This document shows positions 36,659 to 46,838 of a stretch of 64,000 nucleotides of DNA, one piece after another (position 1 is the first letter of the stretch; the number at the start of each line of letters is the position of its first letter). Under the pieces are notes generated by a model. It was not told where the DNA came from. It searched no databases and was given only the letters and a program-made list of their open reading frames with translations. The stretch covers positions 78,219-142,218 of the forward strand of contig CAWKAR010000024.1 of assembly GCA_963847625.1 (NCBI GenBank). Reading direction: 5' to 3'. The DNA is from a candidate division FCPU426 bacterium (lineage in GTDB: Bacteria > Oederibacteriota > Muellerivitia > Muellerivitales > Muellerivitaceae). A program made the translations under genes and the position numbers.

Positions 36659-37933
36659 TTATGAGACTGGACGAAGGATTTCCAGCCCGCCCAAGTAGGG
36701 ACGAAGCGCCTCTGGTACTATGACGGAACCATCCGCTTGTTGATAATTTTCCACTATAGCCAACCAAGTGCGGCCGACCGCCAAACCGGATCCGTTCAAG
36801 GTATGCACTAACTCGGGTTTGGAACCACCTTCCCGTTTGAACTTGATGCCCCCCCGGCGGGCCTGGAAATCCGTGCAGTTGCTGCAGCTTGAAATCTCCC
36901 GGTAAGCGTTCTGGCTGGGAACCCAAACCTCCAAATCATAAGTTTTCGCCGCGCTAAAACTTTTATCGGCAGTGGCCAGCACCACCACCCGGTAAGCCAA
37001 GCCCAGTTTTATCAGAACCTCCTCGGCGTCCGAGGTCAGTTCCTCCAGGGCGTCCATGCTCTTTTCCGGGTCCGCGAATTGAAACAATTCCACTTTATTG
37101 AATTGATGCAAGCGGATGAGGCCCTTTGTGTCTTTCCCGTAACTTCCGGCCTCCCGCCGGTAGCAGGGGGTATAAGCCATGTATTTTTTGGGCAATGAGC
37201 CGGGAGGCAGGGTTTCAGCGCGGTGAAAGTTGGCCAATGAAACCTCGGCTGTGGGAATCAGGTAAAAATTGTCTTTTTCCACGGCAAAGGACTGGTCGAT
37301 GAACTTCGGAAACTGTCCCGACATTTCCATGGAGGAATAATTAACTAAGTGCGGTACCACCATTTCCCGGTAGCCTTTGGAAGTGTGCAAATCCAGCATG
37401 AAATTAGTCAGGGCCCGCTCCAACCGGGCCCCTGGACCGGAAAGCGTGAAGAACCTCGCACCCGAAATCTTGGCGGCCCGCTCAAAATCCAGGATTCCCA
37501 GGGCTTGACCCAATTCCTCGTGGGATTTGGGCTTGAACCCGAATGCAGGCGGCTTACCCACCCGCCGGATTTCTTGATTGGCTTCCTCCCCGCCAACGGG
37601 AACACTTGAGTGGGGCATATTGCAGACCATGAGTTCGACATCGTGAAAATCCTTTTCGACCGAGGTGATTTCCCCGTCCATCTGCTTGATTTCATCGGAC
37701 AGTTCCTGGAGCTTGGCCCGATATTGGGAGATGTCCTTGCCTTCCTTCTTCATGCGGCCCATTTCCTCGGAAGCCTGGTTCAGCCTGGCTTTTCGCTTGT
37801 CAGCCGAAAGCATCAGGTCCCGACGCCGGCGGTCGAGATCCAAGTAGAGAGACAGGTCCACTTTGGACCGGCAATCTTCCAGGGCCTTTCGGACTTCAGA
37901 CTCATGTTCACGGACGAATTTGGGGTCGAGCAT
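36659..37933 (-). CDS. serS: Serine--tRNA ligase
   Basis: LIPTAEV, RREAGSYGKDTKGLIRLHQFNKVE, EISSCSNCTDFQARR, HTLNGSGLAVGR. Confidence 0.98.
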   Translation of the reverse strand: MLDPKFVREHESEVRKALEDCRSKVDLSLYLDLDRRRRDLMLSADKRKARLNQASEEMGRMKKEGKDISQYRAKLQELSDEIKQMDGEITSVEKDFHDVELMVCNMPHSSVPVGGEEANQEIRRVGKPPAFGFKPKSHEELGQALGILDFERAAKISGARFFTLSGPGARLERALTNFMLDLHTSKGYREMVVPHLVNYSSMEMSGQFPKFIDQSFAVEKDNFYLIPTAEVSLANFHRAETLPPGSLPKKYMAYTPCYRREAGSYGKDTKGLIRLHQFNKVELFQFADPEKSMDALEELTSDAEEVLIKLGLAYRVVVLATADKSFSAAKTYDLEVWVPSQNAYREISSCSNCTDFQARRGGIKFKREGGSKPELVHTLNGSGLAVGRTWLAIVENYQQADGSVIVPEALRPYLGGLEILRPVS

Positions 37934-38080
37934 ACTTTCCCTTATTATGATTTCCGGCAGACAGACTCAAAGTTTAAATCCTTTCATGAAGAATCTGAAA
38001 TAAAATCGGAGGAGCGGATGAGTGTCTTTTAAAAAGCCTTAAATCCCGAAGCCGAGATGAGGGGTGGGTATTGCGGATCT

Positions 38081-38380
38081 CTAAAGTTTGCGAAGGACCG
38101 AGGCCACTTTGTCAATAGGAAGTTGGGCCTTGTCCTTGCGCTCATCCAGCTTGATGACTGTATAAACCCTTTTAACCCCCTTGGAAAAGGGGATTTTGTG
38201 CATGGCGGCTGCCAACCTCAAAAGTTGATCCGCCTTGCCGGTCACAATGGTTCCCATGCCGTTCAGTTCGAATCGAACGCCTTTTTGTCTGTGAAGAAAT
38301 TTAAGGATATCAGCCACATAAAGGCTGACCGAGGGTTTTCCCGTCCCCAAGGGGATCACGCTGATTTCCATCATAGCCAT
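38081..38380 (-). CDS. MTH1187/YkoF thiamine-binding family protein
   Basis: EISVIPLGTG..SVSLYVA, MGTIVTG, RVYTVIKLDERKDK. Confidence 0.85.
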   Translation of the reverse strand: MAMMEISVIPLGTGKPSVSLYVADILKFLHRQKGVRFELNGMGTIVTGKADQLLRLAAAMHKIPFSKGVKRVYTVIKLDERKDKAQLPIDKVASVLRKL

Positions 38381-38531
38381 GTCATTTCTCCTTCGTTTTT
38401 TAATGGGAAAAGCGAGTATATCGAAAGCCGGATGGAATATATAGGCTGCCTCTGGACACTTTAAAAAACTGTCCGGCGGATTAAATAAAGAATATACTTT
38501 TAGGGCTTCTAATCCAACATGGGAGGGCGCC

Positions 38532-39254
38532 ATGCGCAAAATGAACCTTAATTGGTTAATTCCGGGGTTATTGTTGTTGGTCGCGCCGTTGTGGGCTGCG
38601 GAAAGGACCGGGGTATTACTCCCTTATACAGCTCCGGAAAAAGCCGGTGAAATAAAAAAGATACAAGACGACGCCATGTTTAAACTTCACGAGGGCAACA
38701 AGTATTTTGTGAAAAATAATAAGGATCAGGCCGCCAATCCATCCATCATGGTGGTCAGCTGCGCCGATGCCCACACTCCTCCGGAAACCGTCTTCAACAT
38801 GAAGACCGGAGAGCTTTTCACCAACCGGGCTTTCGGCAATGTGGTGGACAAAGTCATCTTGGGCAGCCTGGAATACGGCGCCCAGCACCTGAACTGCCGC
38901 GTCCTGGTGGTCATGGGTCATTCGGGTTGTACCGCCATCAAGGAAGCCATTGAGGAGTACCACCATTCCCGTATTTCCTGGGTTTCCATGAACCAAGAGG
39001 CTTTGTACGATAAAATCAAACCTGCCATTGCTGAAGTGGAGGAAACCCAGAAACAAATGAAAGCCAAGACCGACCATGAACTGAAAGGGGAGGCTTTTGA
39101 CGAGGCGGTGGTCCGGGTAAATATTCTAAGCACCATGCGCTACATCCGCGAACAAAGCCCAATTCTTTGGGATCTGGAACATAAGGATATATTAAAAATA
39201 GTTGGATGCATTTATCACAAGGAAACCGGGAAAGTAGAGTGGATTAAGGAATAG
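38532..39254 (+). CDS. Beta-class carbonic anhydrase-like protein with signal peptide
   Basis: SCADA, GELFTNRAFGN, GSLEYG, MGHSGCTA. Confidence 0.82.
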   Translation: MRKMNLNWLIPGLLLLVAPLWAAERTGVLLPYTAPEKAGEIKKIQDDAMFKLHEGNKYFVKNNKDQAANPSIMVVSCADAHTPPETVFNMKTGELFTNRAFGNVVDKVILGSLEYGAQHLNCRVLVVMGHSGCTAIKEAIEEYHHSRISWVSMNQEALYDKIKPAIAEVEETQKQMKAKTDHELKGEAFDEAVVRVNILSTMRYIREQSPILWDLEHKDILKIVGCIYHKETGKVEWIKE

Positions 39255-39443
39255 AGGTTGTTTCAAGAAAGAATTCTTATTCCGGCGGATAAAAAAAACT
39301 GAAGGATGATTTATATCCTTGTGAGTCTTTTCTTATCAACCCAGGATAGGCGGTTGCGGTTAAGCGTATTTTCTATACAAACCTGGCGTTATCTCGGTAA
39401 AAATCTTTCGCTTCAATCGCAATAACTCTTCCGGAGTACAAGC

Positions 39444-40535
39444 TTGATCATTGGTGTGCCGAAAGAAATCAAAGACAATGAATTTAGGGTGGGAATTGTC
39501 CCGGGCGGCGTTGAAGAACTGGTTTCCGCAGGGCATCAGGTCCTCTTGGAAGGCGGCGCGGGGAAGGGAAGCGGAATCCCGGATCAGGATTATCAGGAAG
39601 CGGGCGCCAGGATCTTGGCCGACCGCGAGGAATTATTTCACCGCTCAGAAATGATCCTGAAAGTCAAGGAACCCCAACCCTCCGAGTTCGGCCTGCTGAG
39701 GAAGGGCCAAGTCCTCTTTTGCTACTTCCATTTCGCCTCCTCCAAGGAACTGACCCAGGCCATGATAAAGGCCAAGATCGTGGCCTTCGCCTATGAAACC
39801 ATCTGCCTTCCTTCTGGGGAGCATCCGCTCCTGACACCCATGAGTGAGGTGGCGGGAAAAATGGCTATCCAGGAAGGCGCGAAATATTTGGAGAGATCCA
39901 TGGGCGGCAAAGGGATCCTCTTGGGCGGGGTCACGGGCGTCAAACCCGCCAAGGTAGTGGTGCTGGGAGGCGGCGTGGTCGGGGCCAACGCGGCCAAAAC
40001 CGCGGCCGGGTTAGGCGCTTTCGTGACGGTGCTGGATGTGAACCCGACCCGCCTGAGGCATTTGGAGGATATCCTGCCCAAGAACGTCGCGACGATAGTT
40101 TCCAACCGAAGGGTCATCCGGGAGGAAACCCGCGAGGCGGACCTGCTCATCGGTGCAGTTTACGTGGAAGGCGCCAAGGCCCCGCGATTGGTAAGCGAAG
40201 ATTTAGTGAGAAAAATGAAACCGGGTTCGGTTATCGTGGATGTGGCCATCGACCAGGGCGGCTGCGTGGAGACATCGCGGCCAACTTCCCACAGCCATCC
40301 GGTTTACCTGAAACACGGGGTAGTGCATTACTGCGTCACCAATATTCCCGGTGCCGTTGGCATGACCTCCACCTACGCCCTGACAAATTCCACGCTCCCA
40401 TTCGTCTTGGAAATAGCCCGGCATGGCTGGCGGGAAGCTGTCAAGCGGAATCCCGTCATTCGCCACGGGCTCAATATCGACCATGGAATCCTCGTGCACC
40501 CCGGTGTTAAATCGGCATTCAAGAAGAACGTTTGA
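39444..40535 (+). CDS. ald: Alanine dehydrogenase
   Basis: IGVPKEIKDNEFRV, KVKEP, PMSEVAG, GGGVVG, DVAIDQGGC, HYCVTNIPG. Confidence 0.96.
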   Translation: MIIGVPKEIKDNEFRVGIVPGGVEELVSAGHQVLLEGGAGKGSGIPDQDYQEAGARILADREELFHRSEMILKVKEPQPSEFGLLRKGQVLFCYFHFASSKELTQAMIKAKIVAFAYETICLPSGEHPLLTPMSEVAGKMAIQEGAKYLERSMGGKGILLGGVTGVKPAKVVVLGGGVVGANAAKTAAGLGAFVTVLDVNPTRLRHLEDILPKNVATIVSNRRVIREETREADLLIGAVYVEGAKAPRLVSEDLVRKMKPGSVIVDVAIDQGGCVETSRPTSHSHPVYLKHGVVHYCVTNIPGAVGMTSTYALTNSTLPFVLEIARHGWREAVKRNPVIRHGLNIDHGILVHPGVKSAFKKNV

Positions 40536-40857
40536 ATACGGTCCTGGAAGTTTGAAGTGCCTACGGTCTTCGCGGTTTTTAAGTATTAAGCCTTTTTTCC
40601 TTGCCCCGGGAGTTTCAGCATCCGGGAAACCCTTGAAGAGTGAGGGCTTTGATTGTTATTTCAGGGCCTGAATGCCATCTTTTTTCCTTTCCTTCGGGGA
40701 AAATCGGCTAAAATGACGCCCCTGTGCCACTTTCCCGGTACTTGAATCGTCGAAAAATCGGTACATTTAACCCGATTTGAACCTGTGGGGTCTTCACCCT
40801 TTCATTATGAATTTCAAATGAAAATAGTGGACATAAGCTTCTAAATTGAGGAATCGC

Positions 40858-41601
40858 ATGAAATTTTTTTCTTTTTTAATTTTTCTGTTATCGACCTTTC
40901 TGGCCCTGGGAACCGGGGCTTGGGCCGACGGCCCGGGTGATTACCTTCATTCCCGCACTTATGTCGGTGTAGTCGCAACATCCATCAGCATCGAAAAAAG
41001 CGGCGAATTTTCCGGAACGAACTACTCCAGGGTGGATAACCCTGGTTATGAAATCACAGTTATTCCCTCACTGGCGCAGAATTTCGGTTTTGGTTTTCTC
41101 CTGGGCCACCGGGAGGAAGCTTATGCGCTTGAGCTCAGTTATTGGCAATCCAACCACTTGGCGACTTTCGGGCCCGCCACCATCGGATCCATTTCCGGGC
41201 AATCCGCAACCTTAAGCGGTTCCTATCAAAGTTCGGCCGTGCTTCGCTCCGTGAACATTGATTTTAAAAGGTATTTTTTCACGGATTTAAATCTCCAACC
41301 GTTTCTCAACCTAGGTGTGAGCTTTCCATGGATCTGGGTGCCGGACGCGGACTCGGATGGCGCGGGACATATCTATCCGGTAACCCTGGCCGGCTTGGGT
41401 TTCAATTTGGGCCTGGGGGTGGAATACTACCTATCGCCCACCCTTTCCTTTACTGGGAGCGCCGCCAGGCGCTGGGCCAGTTTCGACCAGTTTAAAGGGT
41501 ACCAGGGTCTTTATAACCAGATCGCGCAGTACGGAAGTTCCAGCGGCGACAGCGCGGGGGGTTTTATATTCACGGTTGGGACTACCCTCGGTTTTGAGTG
41601 A
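40858..41601 (+). CDS. Outer-membrane beta-barrel protein
   Basis: Signal peptide, amphipathic strands, GFNLGLGVEYY, terminal GTTLGFE; paralog of 44182. Confidence 0.7.
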   Translation: MKFFSFLIFLLSTFLALGTGAWADGPGDYLHSRTYVGVVATSISIEKSGEFSGTNYSRVDNPGYEITVIPSLAQNFGFGFLLGHREEAYALELSYWQSNHLATFGPATIGSISGQSATLSGSYQSSAVLRSVNIDFKRYFFTDLNLQPFLNLGVSFPWIWVPDADSDGAGHIYPVTLAGLGFNLGLGVEYYLSPTLSFTGSAARRWASFDQFKGYQGLYNQIAQYGSSSGDSAGGFIFTVGTTLGFE

Positions 41602-41645
41602 CGCGGGATTGCGGTAATTGGCATAAATATTCAGGAAGGCTGTTC

Positions 41646-42680
41646 ATGAAAAAGTTTTGGCTTTTGGGTTTGTTCTTCATCTTGATGGGGCTCACCCTTC
41701 TGATCGGGCTTGCCTGTTCGGCCAATCCCACTGGGCCCACTCTGCGCCCCGCGGTCCAAACCATCGTAGCGGTAAACCCCACTTTAACACCCACCAATAC
41801 CGCAACCCCGACCAATACCCCGACTATAACCGCCACGCCTACTCCATATATGACCACGACGCCTTGGGTTTTCTTCAAAAATCCCTCAGGATTAGCGGTG
41901 GACCCGGCTGGAAACATTTATGTTGCGGACACGGGCAACAACGAGGTCGAAAAATACTCCCCCAACGGCGTTCTTTTTTATAACTGGGGAAACGGGGGCA
42001 AGGGGAAGGGAAGGATCTATATTAACCAGCCCCAGGCCGTGGCGGTTCAAACTGTGACGATTATGGGGGTTCCGGTCACCTACCTTTATGTGCTCAATAC
42101 AAAGGGCGTAATTAAATTTGACGAATGGGGGAATCCCGCTGCCCAAATCACCCCTATCAGCGTGACCTTTACCAGCCCCCAGGGTGTTGCGGCAGACGTT
42201 AACGGAAACGTTTATGTCAGCGACAACGTGTCGGGAGTGCCTCAAATTGTGAAATTTTCTTCCTCCGGCTCTCCGGTGGCGAACTTTGGAACATCTCCGG
42301 CCACCGTGATTTACGGCCTGGCCGTGGATAATTCCCTGAACTATATTTGGGCCGCTGTCTCTAACATTAACGGATCCCCGTACGGAGCCATACTGGAAAT
42401 GGATGTCAACACGGGCGCGATGGCCGCCACGATCTTAGGCTTTAACAATCCCCATGGGATCACTTTTGACCTGGCCGGAGATTTATTTGTCGCGGACTCA
42501 GGGAACCATCAAGTCGAGGAATTCCTTTCTTCTGGTTCTTTTACCGTCCCATCGTTGATATTCAACGATGGAGGAAAACTATCAAATCCCGTTGGGGTGG
42601 GGGTTGATTCTTACGGCAATATTTATGTTGCGGATTCGAACTACCAAACTAACGGGGCGATTTTCCGGTTTACGCCGTAA
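41646..42680 (+). CDS. NHL-repeat beta-propeller lipoprotein with Thr/Pro linker
   Basis: GLAC lipobox-like; PTNTATPTNTPT; NPSGLAVDPAGNIYVADTGN repeats. Confidence 0.85.
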   Translation: MKKFWLLGLFFILMGLTLLIGLACSANPTGPTLRPAVQTIVAVNPTLTPTNTATPTNTPTITATPTPYMTTTPWVFFKNPSGLAVDPAGNIYVADTGNNEVEKYSPNGVLFYNWGNGGKGKGRIYINQPQAVAVQTVTIMGVPVTYLYVLNTKGVIKFDEWGNPAAQITPISVTFTSPQGVAADVNGNVYVSDNVSGVPQIVKFSSSGSPVANFGTSPATVIYGLAVDNSLNYIWAAVSNINGSPYGAILEMDVNTGAMAATILGFNNPHGITFDLAGDLFVADSGNHQVEEFLSSGSFTVPSLIFNDGGKLSNPVGVGVDSYGNIYVADSNYQTNGAIFRFTP

Positions 42681-42709
42681 CTTGCAGGGAGAGGCGGAGG
42701 ATTAGGAAC

Positions 42710-43960
42710 ATGAGGAAAAGATTTTTACTGGTTGCCATTCTTCTCACCACGGGTTTGCCTTTGACCTTTTCGTGCAAAAACTCGTCCAACCCCACCTCTC
42801 CCGCTCCGACCCCCACCAATTGGGCGGGCTATACGAGCACTGCCACTTCCACTAAAACTAATACTCCCACGATCACCCAAACCCCCACGATTACCTTAAC
42901 CCCCACGATCACAGCATCTCCCACGATCACTCCTACGAACCTCGGCGGGTTTACTTCAACGGCCACAGTCTCCTATACCAGCACCTCTACCGTAACCTCT
43001 ACCTTCACCGCGACCTTTAACACACCCACCATGACCTTTACCCCGACCCAGACCTTTGTGACCACTCCCTCGGTGGGGTTTAAAAGTTCTTGGCTGGTCT
43101 CACGCCCTAACGGTTTGGCCTTGTTGGGCAACTCCAATGCGGGCACGCTATTCGTGGCGGAGGGGGAGAATTCCGAGGGAGCGCAGGTTGAGGCATTCAA
43201 AATCGTCAACCACTTAATGGCGGGGGCTGTTACAACTTGGACAAAATGGGGCCCGACCTCCCTTGTTTCTCCGGAGGGAGTCGCTGTCAGCCCAACTAGT
43301 CAGGTTTACGTCTTGGACGCAGGTTATGGTGGAAGCGGGACTGTTTTTGTTTTTAATTCTGATGGAACCCCCGTCACATATTGGTCGTCTTGGTCCGGGG
43401 GCACGGTGACCGCCTTCAACGATCCGACCGGAATCGCGGTGGATGCGAATGGGAATGTTTACGTGGCGGATGCGGGAAACACAACAATAGAAGAATTTAG
43501 TCAATCGGGAATTCCTGTGACACAATGGAATAATCCGGTGACGCAATGGAATACAGGAGGTATTGCCGGGTTATGTCCGGTCGCTGTGGCTTGCGGTCCT
43601 GGAACGACACTTGCCACCGTAGACGATGGAAATGGGTCTGGTGCTGCCACGATTAATCTTTACAGCTACCCTTACCCTGCCCCGACACCATTTCCGGCTG
43701 TTCCCGGTGCCGATCTATACGGCCTGGCATTTGATTCCAGCGGCAATCTATATGTTGCGGATTCCAGCCTCAATCCGACAGGCCAGGTTGAATATTACAG
43801 TGCGGGCTTGGAGCAATATGCCTTAACCGGCGGTACCGGCAGTAACGCCTTTGTCAGTCCGGACGGGGTAGTTTATGACATATCCACCTTATACCTTTTC
43901 GTTTCCGATTACGGAAACGGTTCAAATGGGCAGGGTACCATTGAGGTTTTCGGCCCTTAA
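42710..43960 (+). CDS. NHL-repeat beta-propeller lipoprotein with long Thr-rich linker
   Basis: TFSC lipobox-like; TPTIT repeats; FNDPTGIAVDANGNVYVADAGN. Confidence 0.85.
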   Translation: MRKRFLLVAILLTTGLPLTFSCKNSSNPTSPAPTPTNWAGYTSTATSTKTNTPTITQTPTITLTPTITASPTITPTNLGGFTSTATVSYTSTSTVTSTFTATFNTPTMTFTPTQTFVTTPSVGFKSSWLVSRPNGLALLGNSNAGTLFVAEGENSEGAQVEAFKIVNHLMAGAVTTWTKWGPTSLVSPEGVAVSPTSQVYVLDAGYGGSGTVFVFNSDGTPVTYWSSWSGGTVTAFNDPTGIAVDANGNVYVADAGNTTIEEFSQSGIPVTQWNNPVTQWNTGGIAGLCPVAVACGPGTTLATVDDGNGSGAATINLYSYPYPAPTPFPAVPGADLYGLAFDSSGNLYVADSSLNPTGQVEYYSAGLEQYALTGGTGSNAFVSPDGVVYDISTLYLFVSDYGNGSNGQGTIEVFGP

Positions 43961-44181
43961 TTTAATTAACCAGTCATCATTTCAGCCATCTTTCAGCTTT
44001 TCCCCGAATGAAGATGGGTTTTTCCCGATTTTCCCTTTTGGCTTTTACCCCAAACCGCAAATCAAAGTTTTCCTTATATTTTCAAGGTTTCTTGAGTTAA
44101 AATAAATTTCTAACAAAGGCCTTGTGGGAATTTCGGCCTGTTTCCGCAAATGTATTAAAATCCTGGAGGGTGGGACAACGA

Positions 44182-44982
44182 ATGAAACTGAATAAAATCG
44201 GCCGGTTCATGGTATTTGTTCTTATTTTCGGGGCGGTCACCACGGCAGTTCGGGCTGAAGATCCATGGGCGGAATGGTTTGAAGGCTCCCCCACGGACTA
44301 TATCAAATCCAGGACCTATATTGGGTTTTTGGGAACATCATCCACCATCGATCAATGGGGTGATTTTAATGGAATTAATTGGTTGCAATCTGTTCCATCT
44401 ACTGTATCGGGGAGTGTTACCACCTTTTATCCGGAACAGGATCTCATCCCGTCCATTAACAGGAAGTATGGCTGGGGTGCCCTCGTTGGCCATAGGGAAG
44501 GCCCCTGGGCGCTTGAAATCAGTTACTGGCGAAGCGACCATACTGGTACTTTTACCAACGGCGTAACTGTTTCAAATCCAGCCAGTTATCAATCCCTTAA
44601 TTTTGATTTTAAACGTTACTTGTTCACCCAGCTGCCTACCCAACCTTTCATTCAATTAGGACTCAGTTTGCCATGGTTATGGTTCCGCCAGGGATCGTAT
44701 CAAGTGGATACTAGCACCACACCACCTACTGTTTTTAATGTGAATGACGAGACCATTTCGGGCGTCGGTTTTAATTTGGGAGCGGGCTTGGAAATTTACA
44801 TAGGTAATAACTTTTCGATCATGGGGGCGGCCTGTCAACGCTGGACAGGTTTCAACCAAGTCAACGGTGCCTCGAAGGTGGCGAATAACAATTTATACTT
44901 TGATGGTAACTCCTCTGATGTTGGGACGTACGAAGGGGACGGCCTTAATTTTTACGTCGGTACGACTTTCGGCTTTCAGTAA
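44182..44982 (+). CDS. Outer-membrane beta-barrel protein
   Basis: Shares SRTY, GHRE, E(L/I)SYW, DFKRY, GFNLG and GTT(L/F)GF with 40858. Confidence 0.7.
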   Translation: MKLNKIGRFMVFVLIFGAVTTAVRAEDPWAEWFEGSPTDYIKSRTYIGFLGTSSTIDQWGDFNGINWLQSVPSTVSGSVTTFYPEQDLIPSINRKYGWGALVGHREGPWALEISYWRSDHTGTFTNGVTVSNPASYQSLNFDFKRYLFTQLPTQPFIQLGLSLPWLWFRQGSYQVDTSTTPPTVFNVNDETISGVGFNLGAGLEIYIGNNFSIMGAACQRWTGFNQVNGASKVANNNLYFDGNSSDVGTYEGDGLNFYVGTTFGFQ

Positions 44983-45105
44983 GGCGGAATTTCCGGGAAG
45001 TTTGAATTTTTGGCCCAATGCCAAGTTTTCAAGGGTTTGGTTAAATTGCCTAAAACGGGGTAAAATATTATGAAACATTTTGACAAAACCTTTTCGAGGG
45101 GGAAA

Positions 45106-46371
45106 ATGAAAAACTTTCTGATGCTGGGCATTATCTGTCTGGGAATACTCATACCTTTGGCTTGCGCGGACAACAACAACAACCCCACGAAGCCGAAGGC
45201 GCCGCTAACCGGCGGGACTGTTACTGTGACTGGCACAGTTACTGTTTCAATTTTCACCACCACGAACACGCCTACTCCGACTGGAACTGTTTTTACAGCC
45301 ACCCCCACTATTACCGGAACTGTTTTTACGCCCACGAATACCACTACGCCCGTACTATCTCCAACCCCGCCTTATGATTTTGATACCGGAACTTCGGCCG
45401 AACCCAATGGGATGTATTACGATAAAAATGGAAAAGTACTTTATGTTACGACAGGTGAATATAGGGTTAACGGTGATGTAACTATGTTCGAGGCATATAG
45501 CGTCATTGGTTATAATCTTTCCGGCGGAGTACAGGGAAATACATATGTTATTGGTTATCCAACCCCGGGAGCTGACCCGCCTTGGCAGGGAACCACATTG
45601 GTAGCGACTTATCCGCAAGGTTTTGCTTATACGCCCTGGAATGGTGGTCATTATGCAATGTTAGACTCTTCGGCAGCTGGCAGCGCAACTTTGTTCGAGG
45701 GTTGTAACGGTTTTCTTCTCGGACAGGTGCCTGTCGGCGATTCCCAATTTCCTACGTACACAGCTGTCGGCTATGGAGGCAGTCCCTTTATAGCTCCAAG
45801 AGCTGTAGCCGGAGATTCTCAAGGAAACTTTTATGTCGCGGATACGGGCAATGGATATATTGATGAATTTGATTCTTATTGTCGTACCGGACCGCCTCCC
45901 AACCCGGATTGGGAACACCGATGGAATGGAATATCCTCCGGAACTCCATTCATAAAACCGGTTGCTGTGGTGGTGGATGATTTCGACAATGTTTATGTGG
46001 GCGATTCTGGATATACTCCATCCATTGTCCAGGAATATTCCTCGGGCGGAACGACTATATTGGGTAGTTGGAAATTACAGCCTAATTGCATCATTAATGG
46101 TTTGGCGGTTGACAGCCTCGGTGATTTTTATGTTTCGGACATCTATGGAGCCGCCACAACGGCTGGTGGCAACGTGGAAGAATACCATATCAATAGTTTT
46201 AACTCCGCGACTTTAGTGAGGGAGTGGGGCGACCCCCATGGCGTGCATGAATTCCAACCCTTTTATCCTTCTTGTATCGCCCTTGTTCAACCTTCAGGTG
46301 TCCCTGTTGTTCCTTCATTCATCATTGTGGGAGATACCAATAACGACCTACTCAACGTTTTTGGACCTTAG
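45106..46371 (+). CDS. NHL-repeat lipoprotein with Thr/Pro linker
   Basis: PLAC lipobox; TPTPTGT; PRAVAGDSQGNFYVADTGN; ends VFGP like 42710. Confidence 0.8.
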   Translation: MKNFLMLGIICLGILIPLACADNNNNPTKPKAPLTGGTVTVTGTVTVSIFTTTNTPTPTGTVFTATPTITGTVFTPTNTTTPVLSPTPPYDFDTGTSAEPNGMYYDKNGKVLYVTTGEYRVNGDVTMFEAYSVIGYNLSGGVQGNTYVIGYPTPGADPPWQGTTLVATYPQGFAYTPWNGGHYAMLDSSAAGSATLFEGCNGFLLGQVPVGDSQFPTYTAVGYGGSPFIAPRAVAGDSQGNFYVADTGNGYIDEFDSYCRTGPPPNPDWEHRWNGISSGTPFIKPVAVVVDDFDNVYVGDSGYTPSIVQEYSSGGTTILGSWKLQPNCIINGLAVDSLGDFYVSDIYGAATTAGGNVEEYHINSFNSATLVREWGDPHGVHEFQPFYPSCIALVQPSGVPVVPSFIIVGDTNNDLLNVFGP

Positions 46372-46672
46372 AAGAATAGAAAATCACCAAAACAAAATTT
46401 AACCGATATCCATCCTCGAATTCTCATGATTATTGTACTTGGCATTTTCGCCAATTGTCTTCTTTACCCTGCTGTGCGAGGCCGCGGCTAACTCAACTGT
46501 TCGGAACTTTTTCCACTGCTGGCTATATCGGAACTGGGTAACGTTTAGATATTCCATTCCACCATCAACCATTGATTCAGCCTAGCTGTGAATGTGGCCC
46601 TTACGGTGATTTTTGTGGGATTTTATTTTACAAGTGGACATTGACGCCATGAGTAAGGTAAAAAAGATGGAC

Positions 46673-46811
46673 TTGGTCTGGGGTTTGAGGTACGGTTGTG
46701 GCGAGGTAGCCACGGTCACCTCGTAAAACGCACATTTATACCCGCTGAGGCGGGTGAAAATCCGGTGACGTTAAGGATCATCCTACGGGGCCGGGATAAT
46801 TTGAGGACCAA
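46673..46811 (+). ncRNA. Candidate structured non-coding RNA
   Basis: Closing stem TTGGTC/GACCAA with three internal hairpins; TTGACG upstream at 46641; family not confirmed. Confidence 0.5.
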
Positions 46812-46838
46812 CTCTTTTCTCAAGAGGAGCGATTTCTC

